This document shows, in pieces, positions 41,362 through 53,557 of a stretch of 64,000 nt of DNA. Positions within the stretch are counted from its first letter, which is position 1, and every line of letters begins with the position of its first letter. Source of the stretch: Histomonas meleagridis 2922-C6/04-290x (lineage: Eukaryota; Protista; Parabasalia); assembly GCA_020184695.1 (NCBI GenBank), contig JAANOX010000002.1, positions 124,001 through 188,000 on the forward strand, read 5' to 3'. Below the pieces are notes generated by a model. It was not told the DNA's origin. It was given only the letters and a program-made list of their open reading frames with translations, and searched no databases. The position numbers and the translations under genes are program-made.

Positions 41362-42298
41362 TTTTTTTGATTTTTTATACACCAAACAAATTTTAATCTT
41401 CTTCATCATTTAACTTCACGAGTATATATCTTTAATTATTCTCACAATTTTATTATTATTACAGCAGCAGAGAGTTGGATATTAAAAAATGAAAATTTCT
41501 CAACAATCATTAATATATAATTTCCAACATATTATGTTATCATCAAAATGAAAAAATATTTTAATATATTATATATATCTGATCATTCTATTTTTATCGA
41601 TAAAAATAAAAATGCATTATTTTTTGAATAATACGATGATTTGAAAAAATTTGATTGTGTTGGTTACAATGTTTTAATTTTTATTATTTATTGCAAAAAA
41701 TGAATATTTTGAGAATCAAAGCACTTTTTCGAAAATAGAATATTTTTATTTTTCATAAAGTTTATTTAATTTATAAAACAACGATTCGAAGTTGTGCTAA
41801 AAATAAATACCCAAAATAAACCAAGTCACCACTTCATATAATTTTTAAAAAAAATGGGAGAAAAAAATGAAAAATTCGAATAAATTTTTCATCCTGGTGG
41901 GTTTCACGTTCTCAAATCAATACCATATAAAATTCATCATCAATTAATCATGATTAACTAGAAAAAACAAATTAAAAAAAAAATCGATTAAAAATTATAT
42001 TTCATAAGTTTATAAATTTTTTTGATTTAACATATAAACTATTGTATAATTCATGGAATGCTTACATATGGAATGAAAATAGAAGAAAAAAAATCTGTTT
42101 TTTGGGAAGAAATACAGACTTTACCTAAAGGAAAAAATTGATTCTACAAGAAGCAACCAAAACAGTGAACGTTCTCTGTATTCACTTTGTTTCGCCGCTC
42201 TATTTTTGGTTTAAGTCGATAAATAATAAATTCGAAGTAATTTAAATATATTTACTCTTTTTCATAAGAATTTTTTGATTAATTTTTTATTTATTTAA

Positions 42299-45200
42299 TT
42301 AATTTTCAATTTTGAGTGCCTTTTCCTTTGTCCTGTACCCATATCCATAGTATACTTTACCTTTTTTGCTTTTCTTTGTCTCTTTGCTAATCAGAAATAT
42401 TCCGTAATCCTTTTGGCATTTGTTTATCACCACGTCTTCATCATTTAACATCACGAGATCACTCATAGATCCATATGAGTCTCCTATCATGAATTCGAAT
42501 TTGTTTAATTCATCTTCATTCATTTCCAAATATTTATTAATTCTATTCTTTAATTGGAGCAAATTTTCATTTGGTATTAACTTCACCAAAAATGGATATC
42601 CGAAACAATTTAAGTAATAATCTCCTTTATAAGCGTAACAACATTTAACTAATAATTCATCATCATTAATTATTAATTGATCTTCAGGAACAATTTCGAT
42701 TCTTAAAGGTGAACTTGATTGATATAATATATCATTTTCGGAATATACTCTATAAATTTTATTGTTCCATTCTTCAATAAATCGATACTTAACTCCGACT
42801 TTAAGTTTATTATTTTGGATTAATGAATTTTTGATTTTCTTTATTGTACTATTTTTAGTAATTCTAAAGTGGAATAATTTATCTGGTTTATAACCATTCG
42901 ATGAGAATTGTATTGGTAAATTATTTGTGTTTACTATTTCTTTCTCTGAAATACCTTTAATTAAATCAAAGAAAACATGATGGAACAATTTACCATGTAA
43001 ATAGTTATGTGACCATAAGAAGTTTGGTGATGTATAACTTAAACCTGTTGAATATAATGAAGGTTTATGTGGATGTTCATTATTTTCTTTGTATAACTCA
43101 ATCGAATCTGTTAATGGCGAATAATCCAAATGTGCATTTTGTGCAATGAATTGTTTCACATCTGAAAACGTTGAAGATGAAGGGAAACGTAAAAAGAATA
43201 ATGGAACATTTGGCTCATTAACATTACTTACTAATATTTCTAATAATTCATTACGTGAACCTAAGAATTGTGTAACTGTAAGTTCCTTTAAGTTAATTGT
43301 ATCACATGTAGTAATGATTGGTACTTTCGAATATTCTTCTTCTTTTTGAATGATTTGTTCTAATGAATTCTCGTTTTTAATTGTTTGGATTTCTTCAATG
43401 AATTTAATTTTTGGTTCAAGTAATTCTTCGCCTAACTTTTGTTGGAATATTAGTATTGATCCTGTACTAATTGATTGTTCATAAAATGTCGAATCATTAT
43501 CAATAAGTTTTGGATATGTTGTAGTCTCTACAAATGTAATTAATGCCGTATCTTCTGGAAATCCAATAGCCTTATTAACTTGTGGAAAGATTTCGCTGAT
43601 TTTCGATGTTTCATTAATACGGAATTCACTAATATATTGTAATGGTGATGAATGACCTGGGAAGAAGAACTTAACCCAAACATTAATTTCATTCAATTCT
43701 AATTCCTTAAATTCGTCAGTAGCTTCTTCTGCATATAATGTGATTGAGTATCCTAAAGTTGTTATAAGTTTATTATTTGTTTTCGATATTATTGATGTAG
43801 GTACACCGAAATATTGACATTTCCATAAGACTAATTTATCAAGTGGTATATTCATCTTTTCACTAACTAATGGAAATAGATTTGAGATTGTCGATGTCTT
43901 TTCAACATAAATAATATGTTTAGAATCTTGTTCTTCAACTTCAAATCCATTTTCATATTTGGATGTATTAGTAATGATGGAATTAGAATCAAGAATTTCA
44001 ATCGGTATTTGATTCTTCGTTTCTTCTTTTAATTTCTTTCGATTTTCTTTTTCTTCTTTTTCACGTTCCATATATTCCTTTAAATGTTTCGGTACTGTTT
44101 CATCCGGAATTTCAGTGTATACTTCATGTTCAGCATCTTTACGGACATATATTAATATATATGCACTATATGACTTCTCACGTGACCATTTACTGTTTTC
44201 ATATTCCCCACCAAAGTTATCACTAATTGCTTTGTCTTCAGTGGTCTTAGAAACATCACTATCATTAAATTCATACCATTGATTATCTAATTTGGTACGT
44301 AAAAATGAATAATAATGACCTGCAAATGCATTACCTGCATGAACTAAGACGCCAAAAAGTTCAAAGACTGCTGGCTTGCCTTTACTATCTTCTGCTAAGA
44401 ATTCACTTAAATCTATTTCTTTAGGAAATTCAAATTTATCATTGATCTTAATTTGTTGCATATAATTATAATCAAAATCAAAACGTCGTAAATGTAATTG
44501 TAAGATCTTCGGAAATGATATAAATTCTGTTCCCATATCTGCATCTTGGGGTCCATATTCATCAGTTTTATATTGATTGTCACCAACAAATTCTTCCGTT
44601 TCTGTATAATTCTCAAATGATTTTTGTAGATTGGGGCACCCCTTAACTGTCATTTGTAAATCATAGAAATCTTCAACTCGTGAACTTTCATATTTAACAT
44701 TACGACATCGTATAAATGATCGAAATTGACCTTTAAAGAGTTCAGCTATGGAATTTTCAAGTTCAGTGCCTTTAAGTTTTTTTTCAATATTTTCTAATAA
44801 GACACAACATAGTTCATGAATGTCATGCTGTTCAAAGGCTTCAGTGTCGCCCCATCCAAAACTCTTTGTTAAGGCTTTGGTAGAACATGGTTCATCACTA
44901 AATTGCATTTGACAAAATAGTCGTTGAAGACAAAGTGGAATAGATGTCTTTGGGTCTTCATTTCCAGTGGTATGGAATGAATAAACAATTCGTCGAAATG
45001 CTGGAAGATGAAACATTGATTGAAGAAATGAGTTAAGATAGCATGTACACCCTTGGTTCTTAAGGCCTACATACCCTGTTTCTTCTTTTGAATTGTTTTT
45101 ATAGGAAGATTTATAATAATTTTTCCAATATGAAGTATTGTAACTATAAACTGGACCTGTAGTAGGGCTTTGGAAAATCTCATCATCGTCAGCATTGAAT

Positions 45201-45742
45201 GTAGCATTTTCATAGATTTCATCATCATCACTACTTAAATCTTCTTTAAATGTATAATTAATCTGAAGTGAGCCACCAGAAAGATATCCTGGAGTATCTA
45301 AGAAGTAAGATAAAGGAACATCAAATTTGATGTCAGATTTATAGTCAAGTTTTGTAAATGTTGCTGTTTCTTTCTTTGTTTTCGATGAATCTTCTGTATT
45401 TTTGATTTCGAGTTTTAAAGTGACTTTACCACTGTCTGAAATACCGTCAACAATTGTTTCGATAGTAAATAGTTCATCATCTGAAGTATTTAAATTAGCT
45501 GCGAGGTTAACTTGACACGGATCACATGTAAAGGCTTTTGTCACAGTCTCACCATTTTTTAACTGTGATTCGCTGATAGACCAACAGAACAAGCTGCACA
45601 TTTTGAATGATACGGTTATTGTGGTGTCATTTTTAACTTCCGAAATATAATTTGCCAAACAAGATTTATCCAGAAATTTTGTTTCAGATGTAAAGTAGTC
45701 ATTTATTGACTTATAAGTTGATCGTGGCAAAATGTTTCCCAT
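42299..45742 (-). CDS. USP7/Ubp15-like ubiquitin C-terminal hydrolase (C19) with MATH-like N-terminus and Ubl tail
   Basis: Cys box GLKNQGCTCYLNS, QHDIHE, E.FYDLQ, LHLRRF, His box VHAG...GHYYS...WYEFND, SAYILIY. Confidence 0.95.
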   Translation of the reverse strand: MGNILPRSTYKSINDYFTSETKFLDKSCLANYISEVKNDTTITVSFKMCSLFCWSISESQLKNGETVTKAFTCDPCQVNLAANLNTSDDELFTIETIVDGISDSGKVTLKLEIKNTEDSSKTKKETATFTKLDYKSDIKFDVPLSYFLDTPGYLSGGSLQINYTFKEDLSSDDDEIYENATFNADDDEIFQSPTTGPVYSYNTSYWKNYYKSSYKNNSKEETGYVGLKNQGCTCYLNSFLQSMFHLPAFRRIVYSFHTTGNEDPKTSIPLCLQRLFCQMQFSDEPCSTKALTKSFGWGDTEAFEQHDIHELCCVLLENIEKKLKGTELENSIAELFKGQFRSFIRCRNVKYESSRVEDFYDLQMTVKGCPNLQKSFENYTETEEFVGDNQYKTDEYGPQDADMGTEFISFPKILQLHLRRFDFDYNYMQQIKINDKFEFPKEIDLSEFLAEDSKGKPAVFELFGVLVHAGNAFAGHYYSFLRTKLDNQWYEFNDSDVSKTTEDKAISDNFGGEYENSKWSREKSYSAYILIYVRKDAEHEVYTEIPDETVPKHLKEYMEREKEEKENRKKLKEETKNQIPIEILDSNSIITNTSKYENGFEVEEQDSKHIIYVEKTSTISNLFPLVSEKMNIPLDKLVLWKCQYFGVPTSIISKTNNKLITTLGYSITLYAEEATDEFKELELNEINVWVKFFFPGHSSPLQYISEFRINETSKISEIFPQVNKAIGFPEDTALITFVETTTYPKLIDNDSTFYEQSISTGSILIFQQKLGEELLEPKIKFIEEIQTIKNENSLEQIIQKEEEYSKVPIITTCDTINLKELTVTQFLGSRNELLEILVSNVNEPNVPLFFLRFPSSSTFSDVKQFIAQNAHLDYSPLTDSIELYKENNEHPHKPSLYSTGLSYTSPNFLWSHNYLHGKLFHHVFFDLIKGISEKEIVNTNNLPIQFSSNGYKPDKLFHFRITKNSTIKKIKNSLIQNNKLKVGVKYRFIEEWNNKIYRVYSENDILYQSSSPLRIEIVPEDQLIINDDELLVKCCYAYKGDYYLNCFGYPFLVKLIPNENLLQLKNRINKYLEMNEDELNKFEFMIGDSYGSMSDLVMLNDEDVVINKCQKDYGIFLISKETKKSKKGKVYYGYGYRTKEKALKIEN

Positions 45743-46291
45743 AAATTCGAATTATTTGAAACATTAAGCCTCCTTTAGGTTAAAGAGTATATAGCAAAGG
45801 TAACATTTTAATAAAAAACTCATGAAGAGAATAACACAATGAATAATATAAAAAAATAATTTAATGTTTTCATAAATCTCAATTACTTATCATAAACCCA
45901 TCATTTTTTGGTTCTTCTGATTTTTTTACAAATGAATGAATTAGGCATATAAGAAAATAACAAACATATAAAATTAAAATTCCTAAATAAAGAGGTTATA
46001 AAAATGTAACGTTCTGTATTTTATAGAGCTTCTTCAGAATTATTAAGGAACAAGAGCTCTTTCTCCCAATAACATTCTTAATGTATAGAAAATTTCCTAT
46101 GTCTTAGATGCCGAAATTTCAATTACAGGTCGTACACCCTAGAAAACATGACAAAACTAATGTTTTATATTAGAATTAAGTATCACGTAATAACACATAA
46201 TTTTTTTATAAAATTAATTGTTTGAATATTATTTTAAAAAAATTGCAAAATATATATTTAAATTACTCTATTAACATATTAATTTATTAAA

Positions 46292-47812
46292 TTAAAAATA
46301 TTCTGTATGTTCATATTCCAATTTCTTATACGCATCACTTTTTGTAAAATGTGTTTCATTTGTTTGGCACGTTGGTACGTATCCGCCGTTCATTCTATAA
46401 TGGCAATACAATCCGATTACTTTATCTCCTTTATTGTTATCGGGTAATTTGGATAACTTTTCATCGTTCATTTGATTTTTTTGGTCTTCTTGATATTGTT
46501 TTGTTAGGAACAATTTCCTCCGCGTTTTCGTTTTACATATCATTCTCGAAGAAACTGCTAACGCAACATCTTCTCCAAAGGCGAATGTATAAGGCCTTAA
46601 TCTCGCCGCGAGTTTTGCGTGGAATGGTCTATACATTAAAGGCACTGCAACATGATCACATTCTTCACATTGTTTTACTTTCCCCATCCATTTCCCACAA
46701 TTTATTCGCAAGTCGCGTAGACCAGCCATCCCAATTATGGTATCTTTATCGCGTATACGTTGGACAAAACCTTTTTGTATTGCACCATTTAATGGCGCTT
46801 GGTCATCATCCCATCTCATTACGAAATCAACGGGAAAAAAACTCGAAACATAAAGCGGAAACAAAAATAATGGACTCCAATTATAGCCCCAGATGTGATA
46901 CACTGGACGTGAAGCTCGTGAACGTATCAAGTTTAGATTTAGCTCAATGCGATTTTCACATTGAACTAAACAATAAAATTCGGGTAAAAGTGATTGATTA
47001 TTATAATCCCAAATGAAATCATAGATATAATCGCGTTTAAATTGAGGCAACAATAATGCAATTGTTGGATTTGAAGTATCATTAATATTGGCGCATTTTT
47101 GATAATGTGGAATAGATATTTCGGTAATGTAATCATAGTTTTGATTGAGTTTAATGCCATCAAATAAATTATATGTATAATGAAAATCTTCATTTTTCTG
47201 ATTTAAAAGTGATAATATTAATAGAGGTGGCATTGTAAATGAGTTTAAGTTCGTGTAGTACAAAAGTTCTCGTAATAAAGCTGAATTTATAACTGCAAGT
47301 CCAATCCCACAATCAATTCCTTGGTACTGAGTTTTTCCACCATAAACTATATCACTACCTGTTTCGGTAAGTATTGAAATGGAGTCTTCAAGCCATTTTG
47401 TGGGTGGCATGTATTTTATATTAGATGTATTGACAAAAAAAACAAAATCAGGCAGAGTAATGGAATAAAGAGTGGCTGCTAAAGTAATGTACCCAAGATC
47501 TGGTAAGTCATTATAAGTGACTTTTTGAGTGTATTGATCTTTTGGTATAGAAGAATTACGTAGAGTTAAATAATAATCTTTTATGATATATTTATCATTA
47601 TTGATGTCTTTGTACGTTTCAAGAGGTATTTGTTGCACCATTTCAACACCAATCGTTAAACTATAATTTGATGAATTATGATTCTTCTTCTTTTTTGTAT
47701 AAACAATCATAGGGTCTTTTGTTTTGGTTTTGAGGCAATTGATGGCACAAATTATAGTAACAAAAAATAATATTATTATATTAAAAATCCATATAATGTT
47801 CCCATTCTTCAT
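46292..47812 (-). CDS. Type II membrane glycosyltransferase-like protein
   Basis: N-terminal TM IIWIFNIIILFFVTIICAI; LLLPQFKRDY; DxD-like RWDDDQ; FGEDVAL. Confidence 0.65.
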   Translation of the reverse strand: MKNGNIIWIFNIIILFFVTIICAINCLKTKTKDPMIVYTKKKKNHNSSNYSLTIGVEMVQQIPLETYKDINNDKYIIKDYYLTLRNSSIPKDQYTQKVTYNDLPDLGYITLAATLYSITLPDFVFFVNTSNIKYMPPTKWLEDSISILTETGSDIVYGGKTQYQGIDCGIGLAVINSALLRELLYYTNLNSFTMPPLLILSLLNQKNEDFHYTYNLFDGIKLNQNYDYITEISIPHYQKCANINDTSNPTIALLLPQFKRDYIYDFIWDYNNQSLLPEFYCLVQCENRIELNLNLIRSRASRPVYHIWGYNWSPLFLFPLYVSSFFPVDFVMRWDDDQAPLNGAIQKGFVQRIRDKDTIIGMAGLRDLRINCGKWMGKVKQCEECDHVAVPLMYRPFHAKLAARLRPYTFAFGEDVALAVSSRMICKTKTRRKLFLTKQYQEDQKNQMNDEKLSKLPDNNKGDKVIGLYCHYRMNGGYVPTCQTNETHFTKSDAYKKLEYEHTEYF

Positions 47813-48150
47813 TTGTCGGTTATAATCGTTTCGCTGAAATTTGATAAAACGATAAATATCAGTTCAAAGAAAAACAGACTTGTTTTGAATTAATAAACCC
47901 TCGCACTGTCACTTTTCAAAATTCTTCAAGAAATTTGTGAAGCATTTAATCGTTTATTTGGCAAATGTCTATTTTGTCCATGTGATCCTATTTTCAATAT
48001 CAGCATAAGATACTTATAACGCAAGTTGTGGATAACTTTTTCACAATGAACAAATGTATATCTGTTACCTTTGAGAGTTTGATTTCCTTGTTTTTGGTTT
48101 CATTGAAATGATTTTTCAAACCGACAAACCGTTGGAATGAGTTCCCCCAA

Positions 48151-50369
48151 ATGTCCAACAAATCAACTCAACAATTACCAAATGAATTGGAAACATTAAT
48201 AAAACTCAAAAATGTGATTTTTGGTTTGGACGCAAGTAATATTACTCGAACAACAAATTTCATAATGAACAAATTTTGTCAAAATTATCCAATTTCTTTG
48301 AATACAATTTTATGTCAATTAATATACATATCATCTATGATAAAGAAAAATAACTTTGATGTATATTTGAACTTGTTAAAAGAAATCCAACAATATGAAG
48401 AAAATAATAAAAGTTCTTCAAAAATTTCAGATGTGTTTTCTCAATATCTTAATGACGAAAAAACTATAAACGAATCATTCTATTTTCTTAATTGCATGAT
48501 TGATTATAATTTACTTGAAGTAAAAACTATTCAAGATATGAAAAATCCATATTTTATACATTTAAATCCAAAAATAACCAAAAATTTATATGGTTGTTGG
48601 TTTAAACACGAGATTAAAATGCAAAACATTGAATATGAAGATTTGAAAAAGAATGATTGGGAACTTCATAAACAATATATTAAAGAAGGACATAATCCAA
48701 ATGAAATTGCGAAAATAATTCGAAATGATGAAATTGAAAAACTTCAAGAAATATCATCACAATCAAATTTTGATTATAATCAAACAATAAAACCATCACT
48801 TTATGAAAGATATTCATTCATTGATAAAGAAAATGTTACGTTAATTGATTATGCAGCATTCTTTTCTGCAGAAAAATGTTTTAAATATTTACTTATGAAT
48901 GGATCAAATGCAATAAACACAGGTAAATATGCAATTGCAGGCGGAAATCTTGAGATAATTCATTTATGTGAACAAAATCATTCATCATTTGAAGATGCAT
49001 ATGAAACAGCAATTCAATATCATCGAAATGATATCTTTAAATATATTTATGAAAATAAAATTCTTGAAATCAATCGTTTAGATGAATTTGGGGTAAAATG
49101 CATTTCATGTCACAATTATGAAATATTCTTATTTTTATTAAAAGAAGGAATGAAAGTTAATAATAATATTATTAATGAAGCAGCAACCCATGGAAATCTA
49201 TTTCTTGTTAAATATTTCCTTAAAGAAAATCAACTTCCAAAATCTATTTTAAGTTTTTCAGCTAAATCAGGAAACATTGAACTTGTAAAATATATTTTGG
49301 AACAAAAAGAAATTGATATTAAACATAAAGATATCAATTTATTATATTTTATGTTTTTTCAGTTAATTTTTTGTTTCTAAAAAATATCTTAAAATTGTTT
49401 AATTTATTTGTATTTATTTTCGTGATTTTATGTCTTAAAATAATATTTGGAAAAGCACTTATTATGGCATCTGAATATAATAAAATAGAAATAGTTAAAT
49501 TACTTCTTGAACAAAAAGGAATTGATATTAATATTCAAACTATATATTTATATTATTTCGTGTTTATTTTAATTATCATTATGATATTTCGAAATAATAT
49601 TTAGAATTTTTTTATATTATTTGATTCAGCTCTTTTTCGAGCGTCTAATGGTGGTCACACAGAAATTGTTAAATTACTTCTTGAACAAAAAGGAATTGAT
49701 ATTAATGTTAAACGTGTTTTTTTGTTTTGGATGTCATTTAATAATTTGATATTTCAAAACAATATTTGGTAATTATTTATATTATTTTGGACAGCACTTA
49801 TAGGTGCATCTTTAAATGGTGAATCTAAAATAGTTAAATTACTTCTTGAACAAAAAGGAATTGATATTAATGCTAAAGATATTTATTTGTTTTATTTAAT
49901 ATTTCTTTAAATAATTTGATATTTCAAAATAATAATTGGAAATTATTTAAATTATTTTGGACAGCACTTATATGTGCATCTTTAAATGGTCATACAGAAA
50001 TAGTTAAATTACTTCTTGGACAAAAAGGAATTGATATTAATGCTAAAGATATTTATTTGTTTTATTTAATATTTCTTTAAATAATTTAATATTTAAAAAA
50101 AACATTTGGAAATTATTTAAATCATTTGAAACTGGACTTATGTATGCATCTATGATGGGCCATCTAGAAATAGTTAAATTACTCCTTGAACAAAAAGGAA
50201 TTGATGTTAATGCGATTGATATTTATTTGTTTTATTTAATGTTTATTTTAATAATTTGATATTTCAAAACAATATTTGGAATTTCTTTGAGTTGTTTGAA
50301 ACTGCATTTGCCAAAGCAACTAAAAAAGGGCATGAAGAAATTGCTACATTAATTGCTTCCAAAAAATGA
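48151..50369 (+). CDS. DUF3447-type/ankyrin gene B, interrupted by 6 AT-rich spacers
   Basis: ORF to ...EIDIKHKD (49332); modules at 49452, 49626, 49791, 49961, 50131; capping TAFAKATKKGHEEIATLIASKK* (TGA 50367-50369). Confidence 0.75.
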
Positions 50370-50582
50370 ATATCTTACACACGGTTTTTTCTATAAAAAC
50401 CATATTCATACTTTTATTTTTCAAAAAAAAATTATTAGCATGAATAAATTCTAAAATATGGATACATCTCTCACTTGGAAAGGGATCGTTACGATCGAAA
50501 TTTATTGAAAAAGTTTTAAGGCATGACATTTGACAAAAAGTGACATCAGACCAAACTCCTTTATCAAACCGCCGCTATATAA

Positions 50583-51863
50583 ATGATCTTTCTCTGTTTC
50601 CTGACATCAGTCTCATCACTCTACCAAAATTATCAACTGGTTCCTCCCTTCTATGATACGCAAGTCTCAGAAATTGGAGAATGGTCACTCACTGACCATG
50701 CAATCAATCTAAAGAAAAAAATTCGGTTAACAACTGATGTACGTAAATACTCATGTGGTACCCTATGTAATAGGCTTCCTACAACATTTAAATCATGGAT
50801 TATCGATTATGAAATTTTAACTGAAGGATCTTTCACTGGAAGTTCATTAATTAATTTTCTTTTTACAAAAGAAGTTTGCATAATGGAATCAATGAACTTC
50901 ACAGGCTTTAGCATTTCTCTTCAAACAGCATCAGATAATCAAGGATATTCATATATCTTATTTTTCCAGAACAACCTTCAAAATCCAAGTAAAGTAGGAA
51001 AGGTTCAATTCAGGGGAAGAGAAACTCCAATTCACTTCAAAGTTATACGCAATGAAAACAAAATTACTATGTTACAAATTGAAGGTGATGATATTACAAC
51101 CAAAAGAACCACACAAACCATCTTCACAAAAACCATTGATGACATGCCTGATTATGGTTATTTCTCATTTTTTGCCCAAGCTTATGATCCTTCTGAAAAT
51201 GTTGATATCTATTCAGTCCAAGTTACTCAAACCTCAGCTGAGAGCACCACGATTCCACCTGATACCTCACGTAAGAACCGCAAGATCATTGAAGATTTTG
51301 TAGACTTCAGACGACTTGAAAAATCTAATCGCCGTCAATACATGCCAAGTTCCATCAAATATCAAATCCAATCCAAGAACACCAATGGCACCCTTACCCC
51401 AGGAGCGACAGACCTTCACGACGCCTTCAAGATAATCCACGAAGCGATTTACAGAAGCACCGATTCGATAACCGTCAGCCAATTCAAAAAGTTCGTTCTG
51501 ACATACATCAAAAAAGAAATCCAATCATCGGCGCATAAGATGGAAGAAGCGTTTAAATCATTTGATGACATTAGTATGCAAATCTTTGTTATGTGGTCTA
51601 ACTTAAAATATGAACTTCAACAAATTGCGACAACTGCAGATCGAGAAATGCTCCAATTAAAACATGACGCGCTCGACTTAGCGAAGAAGATCGACTTTAA
51701 GAAGATCGACTTTGATGGTAATACGTTCCAAATGGGAACGTCGTATAGAGAAAGATCATTTTCATGGGTTTTGGCAATAATATCAATTGCTGAAATTGTT
51801 GGGTATATAATATTCTTCATAATGCAACATCACAAAACTAAAGGATTCAAGAAGATTGATTAA
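50583..51863 (+). CDS. L-type (legume-like) lectin, ERGIC-53/VIP36/Emp47-like cargo receptor
   Basis: Signal peptide; W.L...A......IRLT...CNRLPT.FKSW; coiled stalk; TM; C-terminal KKID (KKxx). Confidence 0.8.
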   Translation: MIFLCFLTSVSSLYQNYQLVPPFYDTQVSEIGEWSLTDHAINLKKKIRLTTDVRKYSCGTLCNRLPTTFKSWIIDYEILTEGSFTGSSLINFLFTKEVCIMESMNFTGFSISLQTASDNQGYSYILFFQNNLQNPSKVGKVQFRGRETPIHFKVIRNENKITMLQIEGDDITTKRTTQTIFTKTIDDMPDYGYFSFFAQAYDPSENVDIYSVQVTQTSAESTTIPPDTSRKNRKIIEDFVDFRRLEKSNRRQYMPSSIKYQIQSKNTNGTLTPGATDLHDAFKIIHEAIYRSTDSITVSQFKKFVLTYIKKEIQSSAHKMEEAFKSFDDISMQIFVMWSNLKYELQQIATTADREMLQLKHDALDLAKKIDFKKIDFDGNTFQMGTSYRERSFSWVLAIISIAEIVGYIIFFIMQHHKTKGFKKID

Positions 51864-52478
51864 ACATATAAAAATTTTAACTAAAAATTATAATTCTTTA
51901 AATTTGGTGTTTTTTTTTTTTTGTTTAAATATTTATGTTTTTATAAAGTATTAAAGTTCTATTTGCCTTTAAATATAATTTAATTTTTCATGTTTTTAGG
52001 AATAGAAGAGATACGAAGTGTTGCATTTTTATTTTTAATCATACCGAAATTTCGTAATTATCTATGGGTTGGTTGAAGTAGTGGCATTAATATGAGTTTC
52101 TTTTTATAAAAAGTTAAGCTTTCCGGAAATAAAAACGAAATTGCTAAAAAATCTTTTCAAAATTAAATGTTATCCAAAAAATGTTAATCGCTGTTTACAA
52201 AAGAATTTTATTCTTTCCAATTACTTAAAAATGTGTTGATTTTATCATTTACTATCAAATCGAACTGGCCTTTAACTTTGTAGCTTTATGAAAATTAATT
52301 CAAAATTGAGTCAAGGAAAAAACAGAAAATATAACACATTGATACATAGCGTTCATTTGAAAAGCAATTTGTAATAATAGAAATTGATCTTATCTTATTA
52401 CTTTTTCAAAGATGATTTGTACAACCAAAATAAAAAAATTGTTATTGAACTCGATGCATTGTTTTATGAAATATTTTC

Positions 52479-53318
52479 ATGAAGCAGTCTCGATCTCCTC
52501 TATTCGAGATGGCCATAAATTTTCTTACAGAGGAAGCCACGTCCAATAGTTTGATGCAGAGTCCATTCTTTCATCAAGCAAAGGAACTCTTTGAAGAGCT
52601 GATAAATGGAAAACATGTTGAAGAAAAGTTATCAAAACTTTTAATGGAAAACTTACATAATGAGCGTCCACTGGAAAGAATTTTGGACATTCTTTCTGTT
52701 GATGACAAGCCAATTCCATATATAGTACCACAAAGTCATTTAAACAAAAGAAAAAGACCTTGGTCACATATTGAAGATAATCGTTTACTAGCAGCAGTTC
52801 ATAAACTTGGTACAACAGATTGGGAATCAGTAGCAAAGTTTGTTGGAAATGGGAGAACAAGGCCACAATGTTCCCAAAGATGGAAACGTGCATTAGATCC
52901 AAGAATAACTAAAGATCCTTGGACACCAGCCGAAGAGCAGAAACTCATCGATTTAGTTCGTGAACATGGTGCTAAAGGCTGGGGAAAGATATCATTAATG
53001 ATGGGCTCGAGATCTGATTTACAATGCCGTTATAGATATGATCAGATCAAAAAACAAAGAGGTGAATCATTTATAAGAAATTCATCTAACAATCAGTTGA
53101 AATTCATTCCACTTCAAAATGGACAAGTACCACCGCTTTCTTTCAGAAATGGGTGTTATGTTCCAAAGGAATTTTCAATTGATGAACTCCTTTCGAGACC
53201 GAATAAATTGAATCCTGAACCTAAGAAGTTGGATTCAATTGCTTGCATTCTTATGGAGGCAGGAATCACTGCTCCTAGTTTGGGCTTGCAAGCTAATTGT
53301 TTCATTCCAATTAATTAA
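52479..53318 (+). CDS. R2R3 Myb-like DNA-binding protein
   Basis: RPWSHIEDNRLL...WESVAKFVGNGRTRPQCSQRW...LDPRITKDPWTPAEE...RSDLQCRYRY; paralog of 17624-18550. Confidence 0.92.
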   Translation: MKQSRSPLFEMAINFLTEEATSNSLMQSPFFHQAKELFEELINGKHVEEKLSKLLMENLHNERPLERILDILSVDDKPIPYIVPQSHLNKRKRPWSHIEDNRLLAAVHKLGTTDWESVAKFVGNGRTRPQCSQRWKRALDPRITKDPWTPAEEQKLIDLVREHGAKGWGKISLMMGSRSDLQCRYRYDQIKKQRGESFIRNSSNNQLKFIPLQNGQVPPLSFRNGCYVPKEFSIDELLSRPNKLNPEPKKLDSIACILMEAGITAPSLGLQANCFIPIN

Positions 53319-53557
53319 TGAAACATTAAATCAATTTTATCTTTTTCATTTTTATAGCTAAAAGCATTATAATGTTGTTTAAGTTATGCATAACATTATA
53401 ATGTTTTTACTCAATGGAACTGAATCACTATTATATATTGTGTTCAGTACCATTGTAAATGACATTTATAAACATATTAACACATGTAAATGTTTTGAAC
53501 ACATATTTCGTAGAATGTTTTCATCAAAAAATAATTATGCGGATGGAATTTATTGTA

